NCBI GenBank assembly: GCA_021513695.1
Contig: CP084166.1
Coordinates: forward strand, 2,880,001-2,944,000
Reading direction: 5' to 3'
DNA from: Candidatus Heimdallarchaeum aukensis
Lineage (GTDB): Archaea > Asgardarchaeota > Heimdallarchaeia > Heimdallarchaeales > Heimdallarchaeaceae
DNA: 64,000 nucleotides
Under the pieces are notes generated by a model. The model saw nothing but the letters and a program-made list of their open reading frames with translations. It did not search any database and was not told where the DNA came from. Each line of letters opens with the position of its first letter. Position 1 is the first letter of the stretch. Below are positions 19,286 to 29,328 of the stretch, in pieces. Both the position numbers and the translations under genes were made by a program.

Positions 19286-20251
19286 TTAACCCACTTTAGC
19301 TAAAGTTCCGACAAAAATTAGAGGGAGTGCAATAGTGACATCAGCGACAACAGTAACCATTTTGCTTTTAGAAGATGTTTTTCCCCAAGAAATAGCTTCA
19401 TCAAGTGAAGCTCCAGAAAGTCCACCAGTTTCTACTCTATCCATTGTTATCTGTATAGCATAATCGTAGGTCTTAGGAGACATTAATCTAGATTGGAAAA
19501 TGTAATTCTTAGGAACTCCACCACCTAAGAAGAAAGTCCCTGCCTTTTCTGCATCACGAGCTATCTGTTGAATCTTAGAAAGATCTTCCATATCATCAAT
19601 TAATATCTTATTCATTTGAGAAAAAAGCCAAGTCTGTAAACCCAGCACACTGTCTCCATAAGCAGGAATAAAAATAGGCACATTATTCTCATAGGCTGCT
19701 CGAACAAAAGAGTGTTGGTCAGAAATCCTTTCCCCAATGTAATTCATTAACTGATATGTTGGAATAATTAATTGATTATTCTCATTTTTGTATTTAGAAT
19801 AAATATCTTGTAGAATTGGCTGTATGTGATCTTCAAAATTCATAAACGATTCATCAGAAACAAAAGCGTCATAAATACGGTCAATTGATTTTTGACGTAA
19901 TTCTTCATCTGAGGAATAATTTATTCCTTTTACATGTTCTCCTCCAAAGGATTCAACTAAATCATGGGTTACGTTTGCTCCTGTAGTTACAATAACATGA
20001 ACCATTTTCTTCTTAATCATATCAGTAATGATGTGTCTCATTCCACCAGGGACTAAAGCTCCAGCCAAACCAAGAAAAATTGTAGCATTATCATTAATCA
20101 TTTCAGTGTAAATCTTTATAGCTTCAGCTATTCGTCCTGGCCCAAAAACTCCAGAATTGGCAAACTCATCCATAAGTTCAGAAACAGTTTGTTCTGCAAA
20201 GCAATTAATATGGTTAACTTTTGAAAATTTATTCTTTTTTTGATGGTTCAT
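19286..20251 (-). CDS. dys: Deoxyhypusine synthase (probable).
   Basis: GRIAEAIKIYTEMI...IFLGLAGALVPGGMRH...VHVIVTTGANVTHDLVE...GGGVPKNY is a DHS-like motif order. The ORF track extends to 20308 through a Lys-rich 19-aa extension that overlaps the upstream gene. ATG at 20251 (MNHQKK...) avoids that overlap. Confidence 0.65.
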   Translation of the reverse strand: MNHQKKNKFSKVNHINCFAEQTVSELMDEFANSGVFGPGRIAEAIKIYTEMINDNATIFLGLAGALVPGGMRHIITDMIKKKMVHVIVTTGANVTHDLVESFGGEHVKGINYSSDEELRQKSIDRIYDAFVSDESFMNFEDHIQPILQDIYSKYKNENNQLIIPTYQLMNYIGERISDQHSFVRAAYENNVPIFIPAYGDSVLGLQTWLFSQMNKILIDDMEDLSKIQQIARDAEKAGTFFLGGGVPKNYIFQSRLMSPKTYDYAIQITMDRVETGGLSGASLDEAISWGKTSSKSKMVTVVADVTIALPLIFVGTLAKVG

Positions 20252-20267
20252 ATGTCTCAAAAAGTAA

Positions 20268-20546
20268 TTAACCTTTAGCTTCTTTAGCTTTTTTGATAAG
20301 GTATTCAATTTCCTTAGCTCGGAAAGGAGATTCTTCTAACTCTGAATGGTCAATAGGACAAAGATAACGTTCTTCATCATTTACTTGTATCTTACCTAGA
20401 GGAACCTTACAAATGTATACCCTTCCGCAAGTTCGACAATAAAAAGTGCTGCGAGTATATTCTTCAAATAAATCAATATCAGTATCAACTAAGCAAAAAG
20501 GACAAGGAAACATGCATATTGTTGGTCTATAACTCTCTTTAGGCAT
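20268..20546 (-). CDS. Small zinc-ribbon protein (CPFC ... CRTC). Function unknown.
   Basis: 92 aa with two CxxC pairs and an acidic/lysine-rich C-terminus. Confidence 0.45.
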   Translation of the reverse strand: MPKESYRPTICMFPCPFCLVDTDIDLFEEYTRSTFYCRTCGRVYICKVPLGKIQVNDEERYLCPIDHSELEESPFRAKEIEYLIKKAKEAKG

Positions 20547-20897
20547 TATTATTCACTAAGTTGATACAGTATAATGTTATTATTATAATATATCAATTTT
20601 TTCCTATAAAAAAAAGAGCTCTTAACTCCACAGAGATGGGTTACACTTTAGGGATAAATGATTTATTGGTGGATGTTAGTTTGAAAAGAATATCAAATCT
20701 GTGTTGAATTAAATATAATTTTTATTAAGTAATTGCTAGCTGTCTAATAACTTTGAAGCTAAAAAATAAGGGATTATCTTTAATGTTGCAGATATTTATC
20801 AATCCTTTTAGTACCCTGTTTTTCATTCGTTTCAGTATACTACTAGATGAGCGAAGAGAGAAAGAAAAGTTACTGAAAAATAGGCCGCATAAAAGAA

Positions 20898-22775
20898 TCA
20901 ATTATTTTTTATCCTTTTTCTTGAACTCAAAAGTATAATAGCAAAAATGAACACGATTTCACAATACATTGTCTTTGATGTAGTTATATTGTTGGGGACA
21001 TAGAAGTTGATGTTGTGCGTCTCTGAAACATATACATTACCATAGACATCATAAGTTTTTATTGTGTAAGGAACAAGTGAATCTGTATAATTGATTACAT
21101 AATAATATAAAGTATAGGAATAAAGAGTATTATCTACCTTAACCATTGGAACAGAAACAATACCGAAAAGTGTAGTAGTAACTGATAATAATACTAGTTC
21201 TAAGTCTGCACCTGTAACATTTGCAGTAATAGTTATTTTCGTATAATCGAAACCAGCTGGCTTTCTTGGATTAGCAGGACAATGTTCTATATTAGAAACT
21301 GATAGGTTGACATTATCGATTAAGTTAACGTTTTTAATCATCTTAAAAGGAGAAACAGATGCTAAACTCGCATAGTTTTTAGAAGTGAATAGAAAATCGT
21401 AATAACCATCTCCATCTGTGTCGACTGGATTATGTAAAAGAGATGGACTAAAGTAATTGAACCAACTATCATCATTTTGTTGAAAATTGGTTTGTTCATT
21501 AGTTTGTTTATAGAGTAATTTTCCTCTATCTTTTGTCTTAAGAAAAGAAGAAATAACATTAGGGGGTAAGCTAAAATCTTCATCAATATCAATAAAATTG
21601 TTTTTCTGGAGAGTAAATTTTTTGTATTTTGGTGATTGATCGAATTCAATAAACGTTTCATATTGAGATGTAGTTAATGCGAAAAGATTTCCTTGCCATA
21701 AACCTGAAAGTTCTTGAGTATTCCAAACTAAAAAGGGGATATGAAGAAATATGTTATTCAATAATTTCAAATAGTGAACGCCAGTTATATTTACGAAGGT
21801 ATATGCATAATATCTTCCAGTGTTGAAAATATTTTCTTCAAAAGTAATATTGTCAATCTGGTTTAAGTCCAGAATAAAAATGCTTCTCGTCATTATATTA
21901 CAGTTGTGCAAATTGAAACTATTAAATAAATTATGAAAAAAGTAGTAACTTCCGTTTCCTTGAATTTCTATTAACTTTGCGACTAAATTAAATTCAAAAT
22001 AAAACGATGCTGTTGCAAAAGCTTTTTCTGATTTTACAATATTATTTTCTACTCTAGCAGACGAATTTGAAAGATATAGGAAAGCATAATAATTGTAAAT
22101 GGTGTTGTTGATAAGTTTTATATCTGCTCCATGAGCTTGAATTGAAGCTCTTTTATAAAAAGACATTATGTTGATAATAGCATAAGTATCTAATTCATCT
22201 TCCGATACCAGAAAATCAAGAGTCGAATTATTTATTTCTAAAGAAGAGTTTTCATAGGTATTAAATTCAAAAATGTGAGCTATCTTTGAAAAATTTGAAT
22301 AATCAATTTTTTTTAATTTTAAGACCGTATTAATTATTGTTAAATTACCGTAAATGGAGATAAAGTGTGTAGAGAGGTTCCATGTTTTTACTGTGTTTAT
22401 ATCCTCTGATGAGAGATTAAAAAATACTTGACACATGTTAAAAGTCAGGCTCCCTTGAGGTTGAATTGTTATGTTTCCTTCAATAATAATGCTACAATTA
22501 ACAAAACTCATTTTTTTATCTACTATCAAGTTATTGAATGTGCATGAGTTAGAAAAACTCCTTACTTTCCCGAGTTTTTTATTTGTTTGAGACTCCTGTG
22601 ATACTTCACGATCTTGTTCATTTTTATTTTCAACTTCGTTCGTTTCTATTATCCCTTTATCCCTAATTACGCTATTATTAACATTGCTAAACTCATTAAA
22701 GGCACTTAACGTGTTAAATAATAATATGATAAAAATAAATATACATATGCCTTTTAATATTATTTTCTTTCTCAT
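20898..22775 (-). CDS. Secreted Asn-rich surface protein with a signal peptide and C-terminal TM + basic tail.
   Basis: The probable start MRKKIILKGICIFIFIILLFNTLSAF is a signal peptide. The ORF extends to 22853 if the upstream Met is used. N-rich repetitive beta-strand-like segments follow, and the C-terminus is MYCEIVFIFAIILLSSRKRIKNN. Confidence 0.6.
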   Translation of the reverse strand: MRKKIILKGICIFIFIILLFNTLSAFNEFSNVNNSVIRDKGIIETNEVENKNEQDREVSQESQTNKKLGKVRSFSNSCTFNNLIVDKKMSFVNCSIIIEGNITIQPQGSLTFNMCQVFFNLSSEDINTVKTWNLSTHFISIYGNLTIINTVLKLKKIDYSNFSKIAHIFEFNTYENSSLEINNSTLDFLVSEDELDTYAIINIMSFYKRASIQAHGADIKLINNTIYNYYAFLYLSNSSARVENNIVKSEKAFATASFYFEFNLVAKLIEIQGNGSYYFFHNLFNSFNLHNCNIMTRSIFILDLNQIDNITFEENIFNTGRYYAYTFVNITGVHYLKLLNNIFLHIPFLVWNTQELSGLWQGNLFALTTSQYETFIEFDQSPKYKKFTLQKNNFIDIDEDFSLPPNVISSFLKTKDRGKLLYKQTNEQTNFQQNDDSWFNYFSPSLLHNPVDTDGDGYYDFLFTSKNYASLASVSPFKMIKNVNLIDNVNLSVSNIEHCPANPRKPAGFDYTKITITANVTGADLELVLLSVTTTLFGIVSVPMVKVDNTLYSYTLYYYVINYTDSLVPYTIKTYDVYGNVYVSETHNINFYVPNNITTSKTMYCEIVFIFAIILLSSRKRIKNN

Positions 22776-23032
22776 TATAATTGTCTTTTCTTTTTTGTAT
22801 AAATGTTTTACTATTTTTAAAAAAAGGAAAGGACTTATGTTGGGCCTATCCAATATACGAAATTTTGAATATTTATATCCTCTGGCCCGTCTATAAATGT
22901 GAATATGAATATAAGTAACAATCTATCAAATTATCTATATCTTCGAGATGAATTAGCCCATAAGTTGTTGATGAAGAAATTTAGTCATTTGAAAAGGTTA
23001 AATTTATTTGTTCATATCTTAACTATTTAAAA

Positions 23033-23833
23033 TTAATACCATTTCTTAAATGGAGGAAAGTGAAGAACATCATTAGCACTTTCTAATAGAACAAAAGATT
23101 CAAATTCTAAGAGTTCGACATTATTTCTTAAAATAGGAGAAAGCAATGAAGACTGATCCTTGGGCATGATGGGATTTCCACCTGAATAAGAAGAAAAGGC
23201 AGGAAGAACAATTAATTTTCTATGATTTGCGTTTTTTACCTTTTCTCCATCAAGAGGGCCAATAAGTAAAGATTTCTGTTTTACCACTTGCAATTCATCT
23301 ATTTTAATATGAAATAATGGGTGTTCATGGCCTATTAGAACAAATTCAACACTTTCAGGTAAATCCTCTGGAAGATTTTTATGTCCGTGTGTAAAGAAAT
23401 AACGTTCAATTACTAGATCTTCAACAAGTTTACAATTTTCTATATCTCTAGTAACCCAAGAAAGGAAAACATCGTGATTGCCTTTCACAATGATTATTTC
23501 TTTTATAAAAAGTGAAACTATATTTAAAAATTCTTTAACTTCTTTATTTTCAACTTTTGTTGGTTCGTTAAAACTATGTTTTAGATCACCGTTGATAATT
23601 AATTTTTTAGGTTTTATATTTCTAATGTAAAACAAAATTTTCTTAGTAAGTTTCTCACTCTGCGTTTCAAGAACAGTTACACCATCTTCTGCCATAATAG
23701 TTTCTAATCCTAAATGAACATCTGCAATTACTAAAGAATGAATATCCTTAAGATAAACAACTGGTGAAGCATCTAGAATATTGATATCTTCAGCTATTGG
23801 AAAAAAAATTATTCCTTCTTGCGAATCATGCAT
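23033..23833 (-). CDS. Calcineurin-like metallophosphoesterase (SbcD/Mre11-related small phosphoesterase).
   Basis: VIADVHLG (DxH), IINGDLKH (GD), KGNHDVF (GNH[DE]), IGHEHPLF (GHxH) in canonical order. Confidence 0.75.
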   Translation of the reverse strand: MHDSQEGIIFFPIAEDINILDASPVVYLKDIHSLVIADVHLGLETIMAEDGVTVLETQSEKLTKKILFYIRNIKPKKLIINGDLKHSFNEPTKVENKEVKEFLNIVSLFIKEIIIVKGNHDVFLSWVTRDIENCKLVEDLVIERYFFTHGHKNLPEDLPESVEFVLIGHEHPLFHIKIDELQVVKQKSLLIGPLDGEKVKNANHRKLIVLPAFSSYSGGNPIMPKDQSSLLSPILRNNVELLEFESFVLLESANDVLHFPPFKKWY

Positions 23834-24108
23834 TTAATTAACATTTTCACTTCTGGTCTTAAATCCTCCTTTTTTTTCAGTTTGTATAGAAAAAAGAAAA
23901 AATGCTATACATTACGAGTTCAATAGATTTAGTTTTATTATTTTATTCTAGTGAAGAAAGGTTATTAGAAAATTTGTGGATTATTAACTGATTCAAAACA
24001 AAAAATACTTCCATTTTCAATAAGTTTTTACTCTTTTGTCTTGAATCTCTTTTTCACGGATGTGCAAAAAAAAGAAAAAAATATATAAATGATGAAAGAA
24101 TTATTGCA

Positions 24109-24591
24109 TTGATGAACTATCGTAAAAAAATTGTAGTGTTTATACTTTTAGTTGTAGGTCTTTCTTTAGTTGGATCAAGAGTTTCAGCTTGTACCGAGGT
24201 TTACTCTTCCGAAACTAACATTCTCTCAACTCACATATTAACTGCCTATTATTCTGATTTAGAGGACAAAGGAGTAGAAAATGATATTTTTACATCCATT
24301 TACATTTCTTTTGACTCTCCGTATTATTATAACCATTTGTATTGTTATGTTGAACTTACACTTCCTTCAGGATACTACTATTCTTATCTGATATCTATTG
24401 AGTTCTATGGAGTATATGAAATTACTCTTCCAATTTACATGTATAATCATGCAACTGAAAGTGGGGATTATATTTTATATGTAGCTTCATTTTTCGCATG
24501 TAGTAATCATTATTTAGCTGAATCACTTGTTATCTTTGATCCTCCTGGTGGAACTGATGGAGCAGATCCTCCCAGAATAGAAGTTGGATAA
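24109..24591 (+). CDS. Small secreted Tyr-rich protein. Function unknown.
   Basis: Signal peptide KKIVVFILLVVGLSLVGSRVSAC, Tyr-rich core and a C-terminal DPPGGTDGADPP. Confidence 0.45.
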   Translation: MMNYRKKIVVFILLVVGLSLVGSRVSACTEVYSSETNILSTHILTAYYSDLEDKGVENDIFTSIYISFDSPYYYNHLYCYVELTLPSGYYYSYLISIEFYGVYEITLPIYMYNHATESGDYILYVASFFACSNHYLAESLVIFDPPGGTDGADPPRIEVG

Positions 24592-24638
24592 TGAAAAAAG
24601 TAATACTGCTCCAGAATATAGTTAAGATGCTATAAAAA

Positions 24639-25781
24639 TTGGTGAAACATTTGTACTTAGATAAAAATGAGTATGAAGTACTGCTAGCCTTACAAAAAGA
24701 TCCCCTTGCTAGTATTAGCGATATTAGAGAAGATATAAGTAAACGTGATTCCAAAGAAAGATCTTTTTATAGTGTAAAAAAGGCCTTTACTTCACTTTTA
24801 GAAAAAGGAATAATTAAGAACTTTGCTGCCTCTATTGATCCCAGTAAAATAGGCCTAGAAAAGAGAAGTTACTTTTTTAATACATCTTCATTCAAGAAAA
24901 CTCAAGAGTTAGAAAAAATATTGGATAGCCATAACTACAGTAGATACAGATGTCGAGCTATCACAGGACCAAAGACTGGTCTGTATGTGGAATTTGAGAT
25001 TCCTCCAGGTACAGAAGGATACATTGAAGAGTTAATAGACATTTTAACAAAAAAACAATATATTTTCAACGTTTTGGAGCTTGGGAAAGAAGAAAATGTA
25101 ATTCAAACAAATATAAATCTTAAATTTATTGACCCTTCTTCTTTGCAGTGGACTTTCAATTTTGAAGAATGGATAAATGGGAACGAAAAAAATGATGGGA
25201 ATACTATTAAGATAGCATCTAAAATCGAAAAAAAGAAAATAAATGAAACTGATCTATGGCTTATGCGAATATTAACTATTAATCCTCGACAAAAAAATAA
25301 AGATCTATTACAGAATTTACAAGAAGAAAAGAAAAAACTAACTGGAACAGAGTTACAGAAAGATCTTACAACCATTTCAAGAAGAAAAAACTATATCTTG
25401 GAAAACTATATCGGTGATACTCAAGTTTTGATAAATTCAGAAATTTTTTCATTGGATGTTAGGATGATTTTTAATGTTATAATGAAGAAAAAGTATGTTG
25501 AGGAGATAAAAAAGAAATTAATTAACAACCCTCTACCATTCAGAACAAATTTCGTTGAAACGAAAAAAGGTTTTAGATGGTACATCTATCGTTCTCCAAC
25601 TAGTTATGTTAACCAATTAACAAATTGGATATGGTCAATGGACCCAGAGTGTATGAGAACAATACATTGGTTGCCTTTTGGGCGGTTATACTGGTTTTAC
25701 CCATTAAACTATGATTTAGAAACAACTGATTGGAAGAAGAGTAGAGAACATTTCTTTGATCCAATACAAAAATTTCTATAA
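24639..25781 (+). CDS. Putative Lrp/AsnC-like transcriptional regulator, duplicated HTH+RAM-like architecture.
   Basis: N-terminal EYEVLLALQKDPLASISDIREDIS..ERSFYSVKKAFTSLLEKGIIKNF resembles the Lrp/AsnC wHTH. The second half (LWLMRILTINPRQKNKDLLQNL...) repeats the pattern. Confidence 0.4.
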   Translation: MVKHLYLDKNEYEVLLALQKDPLASISDIREDISKRDSKERSFYSVKKAFTSLLEKGIIKNFAASIDPSKIGLEKRSYFFNTSSFKKTQELEKILDSHNYSRYRCRAITGPKTGLYVEFEIPPGTEGYIEELIDILTKKQYIFNVLELGKEENVIQTNINLKFIDPSSLQWTFNFEEWINGNEKNDGNTIKIASKIEKKKINETDLWLMRILTINPRQKNKDLLQNLQEEKKKLTGTELQKDLTTISRRKNYILENYIGDTQVLINSEIFSLDVRMIFNVIMKKKYVEEIKKKLINNPLPFRTNFVETKKGFRWYIYRSPTSYVNQLTNWIWSMDPECMRTIHWLPFGRLYWFYPLNYDLETTDWKKSREHFFDPIQKFL

Positions 25782-25860
25782 TTTGCTACGATAAACTAAT
25801 TTTTTTTGTTGGATTTACTTTCCCAAAATCTTTTATTCTTTTGAATCTCCTTGTATTCAA

Positions 25861-27123
25861 ATGATAAATGAAGAAATGAGAAAATTTATATTAAATGATT
25901 CAGTAGAACGCTTTATTAAATATGTTCAAGTTGAAACTACTTCTGACGAAAATTCTTCGTCTAATCCTTCAACCAAGGAACAATTAGAGTTAGGAAAAAT
26001 ACTTGTTCAAGAACTAGAATCGTTAGGACTTAAAGAAGTGGAACTTGATGAATTTGGTTATGTATATGCTACTCTTCCTGCAAGTGAAGGTTATGAAAAC
26101 GTCGAACCTATTGGTCTCATAGCACATATAGATACTTCTCCTGCAGTATCAGGGAAAAACGTTAAGCCTATTGTTCATAAAAAATATGATGGTGGTACGA
26201 TTACTTTTCCTAAAGATCCAGAGTTAACTTTGTCAAAAGAAGACTCAAAGGAGTTAGAAGAATATGTCGGTTTAGATATAATTACGGCTTCTGGAGATAC
26301 ACTTTTAGGTGCAGATGACAAAGCTGGAGTAGCTGAAATAATGACTGCAATATCTACTTGGCAAAAATACCCGTCTTTGAATCATGGAGAAATAAAAATA
26401 TGTTTTACCCCAGATGAGGAAGTGGGTAGAGGAACAGAAAAAATTAACAAAGAAAGATTACCTAAATACTGCTATACCTTTGATGGTGGAGAGATGGGTG
26501 AATTAGAAACAGAATGTTTTGACGCTTGGTCTGTAAAGCTAACATTTGTTGGACTAAGTGTTCACCCTGGATATGCAAAAAACAAAATGATTAATGCAAT
26601 AGATGTTGCTTGTAGGTTCTTCTCTCAGATTCCAGAATATGAAACTCCAGAAAGAACTGAAAAAAGAGAAGGATTTTACCATTTGCACAATCTCTCAGGT
26701 AATGCAGAAATTGCAGAAGGAAAAATGATAATTAGAGATTTTAACGTAGAAAAAAATGAAAAAAGAATAGATTATATCAAATCACTGATTTCAGCTTACG
26801 AAAGAAGATACCCTGGCCTAAAAATTGAGTTAGAGTACAAACATAGCTACGAAAATATGAAAGTTTATCTTGAACCACATAAACATATAGTTGATCACGC
26901 TGAAAAAGCAATTGAAAGAGCAGGACTAGAAGTGAAGTACACGGCAATAAGAGGGGGTACAGATGGAGCACGATTGTCTGCTCAAGGAATACCTACTCCA
27001 AACATTTTCGCTGGAGGTTTATTGTTCCATTCAAGAAAAGAATATATTCCTACTCTCGCTATTCAAAAAGCAGTAGAAGTAATCATTTACTTGGCAGATG
27101 AATGGACTAAAAAAACTAACTAA
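25861..27123 (+). CDS. pepT: Peptidase T (tripeptide aminopeptidase, M20B).
   Basis: IAHIDTSP, GADDKAGVAEIMTAI and FTPDEEVGRG are M20 metal-ligand motifs in PepT order. Length is 420 aa. Confidence 0.85.
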   Translation: MINEEMRKFILNDSVERFIKYVQVETTSDENSSSNPSTKEQLELGKILVQELESLGLKEVELDEFGYVYATLPASEGYENVEPIGLIAHIDTSPAVSGKNVKPIVHKKYDGGTITFPKDPELTLSKEDSKELEEYVGLDIITASGDTLLGADDKAGVAEIMTAISTWQKYPSLNHGEIKICFTPDEEVGRGTEKINKERLPKYCYTFDGGEMGELETECFDAWSVKLTFVGLSVHPGYAKNKMINAIDVACRFFSQIPEYETPERTEKREGFYHLHNLSGNAEIAEGKMIIRDFNVEKNEKRIDYIKSLISAYERRYPGLKIELEYKHSYENMKVYLEPHKHIVDHAEKAIERAGLEVKYTAIRGGTDGARLSAQGIPTPNIFAGGLLFHSRKEYIPTLAIQKAVEVIIYLADEWTKKTN

Positions 27124-27130
27124 TCTTTTC

Positions 27131-27763
27131 TTATTCTTTCAGAAATGGTAATATCCTCAAAGCTTTTGAAATTATGTTCGCAATACCCCCCATTATTTTT
27201 GCTATAGCTACAACAAGTTCTGCTTGTTGCCACGAGTAATTATTCGATAGAACATTGTATTGAATTAAGCGTATGTGTTCATTTACTGCGAATTCTAGTT
27301 CTCCCAGATGCCAGCTTTTATCGTTTTTTTCTTTTTTTGAACTAAAATTAGCTACCTCTTTTACAAAGAAGTTGACAGAATAACTTACAGTTTTATTTAG
27401 AGAAATAAGTTCATCCATTGCTATGTTTGAAAGTTCATACTGTTTAATAGAAAAAAAAGAGTGTAGAAGATAAAATTTAGAAGAAACTTCTTTCAAATAA
27501 GTAAAAAATGTTTCATACATAAACAAAGTCTTGTTATCTTTAATGACGCTATTTGCTAAAACAAACGATATTTCATCGATGAAACGATGAACATTTTCGT
27601 AATACTGTTTCATTATTATACTTCTTTCCTCAAAATTTGGAAGAAAATATAAAGTTTGAGAAATTAATTCTTCCATTCTTTCAAAAGTTGTAGCAGCGAT
27701 ACTAGAACATTGAAGTAAAGAGTTAATAAAATTAAGTTTATTCTTGACTTCTTTTTTCCCCAT
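27131..27763 (-). CDS. Hypothetical all-alpha cytoplasmic protein.
   Basis: 210-aa ORF that fills the gap between flanking genes. No recognisable motif. Confidence 0.4.
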   Translation of the reverse strand: MGKKEVKNKLNFINSLLQCSSIAATTFERMEELISQTLYFLPNFEERSIIMKQYYENVHRFIDEISFVLANSVIKDNKTLFMYETFFTYLKEVSSKFYLLHSFFSIKQYELSNIAMDELISLNKTVSYSVNFFVKEVANFSSKKEKNDKSWHLGELEFAVNEHIRLIQYNVLSNNYSWQQAELVVAIAKIMGGIANIISKALRILPFLKE

Positions 27764-27870
27764 TTTTTTCCCCGTAATATAAACTTTAATTATTTAAAAA
27801 TATTAAATTTTCGGAAAACAAAATTAGATGTTTAAAGAAAAAAATGAAATAGGTACTTAAATCTATTAAA

Positions 27871-29328
27871 TTATATTTTTTTATATAGTGCTTTTGATAC
27901 TTTTTTGTATGGAAAAAACATACAAAATAAAGAAAAGGACAAGTCTTTAGAGTGATGGTTCACATAATATAATTTATTTTCTTCGAAATTAACTAAATTC
28001 AGTTTGTTAGAACTCGAAATTTGTTCAGTAAAGTTCATACTAATGAAAGCATCAACTGTATAATGATCTGAACCTGTATTAGCATGAGGTGTATCTCCTG
28101 TTGTCGAATTAATCAAGCTTTGTGCAAAAAACTGGTTAACTACAATGTAATCTATTCTCCCAATAGTCGAAGGATTTTCAGGGCCAAATGTGTAACCTGG
28201 GTCAGTGGGGTTTAAAGTTCGAAAAACATCTGTGAAGTTGTGAATCTTTGAAGAATATTGCCCATAATTTGTGTCATTTGGATAAAGTAACATTCTCATA
28301 GGTCCATCTCCTAAATCAACTTCAGGAGCTAGTTCTCCCACATCCTCTGGGCTGTGGCTGTTGAAATCGCCTAAATAGATAATTGGTACTAATCCTAATT
28401 CATCCATATAGTTAATTATTCCTTCTTGTTCGAGTTCTCTTCTTTGTTCATTTGTTTCTCCTGTACTTGCTTTAAGATGAGCACCAATAATGTGAACTTC
28501 TACACCACTAATGTTAACCACCCCTTCAATAAAATCATGTGTAGGGTGATATGTTTCTCCATTATCTAAAGTAAGAGTGTCAATCTGATTAAAATCAATA
28601 ATAGGGTAACGACTAACAATTGCTTCTCCACTAGTAGAGTAAGAAATCCCTTGAGCTGTATATCCTCTATAAGGAGCTTCTTCCAAGAAATAATCATTAA
28701 AAACATTAAGATATTGATAGAAACTACGGTTACCTGCATTATCCCAATCTCCAGTCTCAACAAAAAGACAAATATCAGGATTTTCTTCTTCAACAACTTT
28801 TATCCAATCTGGTTGCTTCCCACTTTCTAGAATGTTGTACGTCATTATTTTGAAAGCATCATCTGGTGGAGAATACTTGATATTGTCTACAATGACGGTT
28901 ACATTTTTTATATTACTGTTTTTATGCTTATCAGTTGCTTTAACAGAAATGGTATGGGCACCTTCTTCATAGTCAGAAGTATCCCAGATATATGTGGTGG
29001 TAGTAGAAACTAAAACATTGTCAATATAAAGCTCAATTTGTAATTTATTCTGTTGTGTCGTGTCGTCAACAACTTCAAAAGAGATATTAACAAGATTATC
29101 AACTATTTGAGCAGGGGTGGGATTATAATATGTTATTCTTGGAGCAGTTACATCTTTATTAATTGTTATAGATAGTATTACTCCAAGAACTATACATGTG
29201 ATAACAAATAAAACACTAGAAATGATTAATAACTTTTTTTTCATTTTATTCAAGTTTGAAAGCTCATTAGTGCTTATAGGTTTTTTCAATGATACTTGAA
29301 TTATGCTTTTCCTTTTTGTTTTCTTCAT
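27871..29328 (-). CDS. Membrane-anchored extracellular endonuclease/exonuclease/phosphatase (EEP) family protein with an Ig-like N-terminal domain.
   Basis: N-terminal TM (LLIISSVLFVITCIVLGVILSI). EEP motifs FKIMTYNILESG, ICLFVETGDW and GSDHYTVDAFI. The ATGA start overlaps the MFS gene stop. Confidence 0.7.
   Translation of the reverse strand: MKKTKRKSIIQVSLKKPISTNELSNLNKMKKKLLIISSVLFVITCIVLGVILSITINKDVTAPRITYYNPTPAQIVDNLVNISFEVVDDTTQQNKLQIELYIDNVLVSTTTTYIWDTSDYEEGAHTISVKATDKHKNSNIKNVTVIVDNIKYSPPDDAFKIMTYNILESGKQPDWIKVVEEENPDICLFVETGDWDNAGNRSFYQYLNVFNDYFLEEAPYRGYTAQGISYSTSGEAIVSRYPIIDFNQIDTLTLDNGETYHPTHDFIEGVVNISGVEVHIIGAHLKASTGETNEQRRELEQEGIINYMDELGLVPIIYLGDFNSHSPEDVGELAPEVDLGDGPMRMLLYPNDTNYGQYSSKIHNFTDVFRTLNPTDPGYTFGPENPSTIGRIDYIVVNQFFAQSLINSTTGDTPHANTGSDHYTVDAFISMNFTEQISSSNKLNLVNFEENKLYYVNHHSKDLSFSLFCMFFPYKKVSKALYKKI

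Noticed and set aside
20252-20308. Lys-rich 19-aa N-terminal extension of the deoxyhypusine synthase ORF
   Set aside because: It overlaps the upstream Zn-ribbon gene by 41 nt and is low-complexity. The internal ATG at 20251 gives a more typical N-terminus. The longer form remains possible.
23033-23833. Metallophosphoesterase as an SbcCD/Mre11-Rad50 repair pair
   Set aside because: There is no adjacent SbcC/Rad50-like ATPase. The protein matches the short stand-alone SbcD-related phosphoesterase family rather than a nuclease complex subunit.
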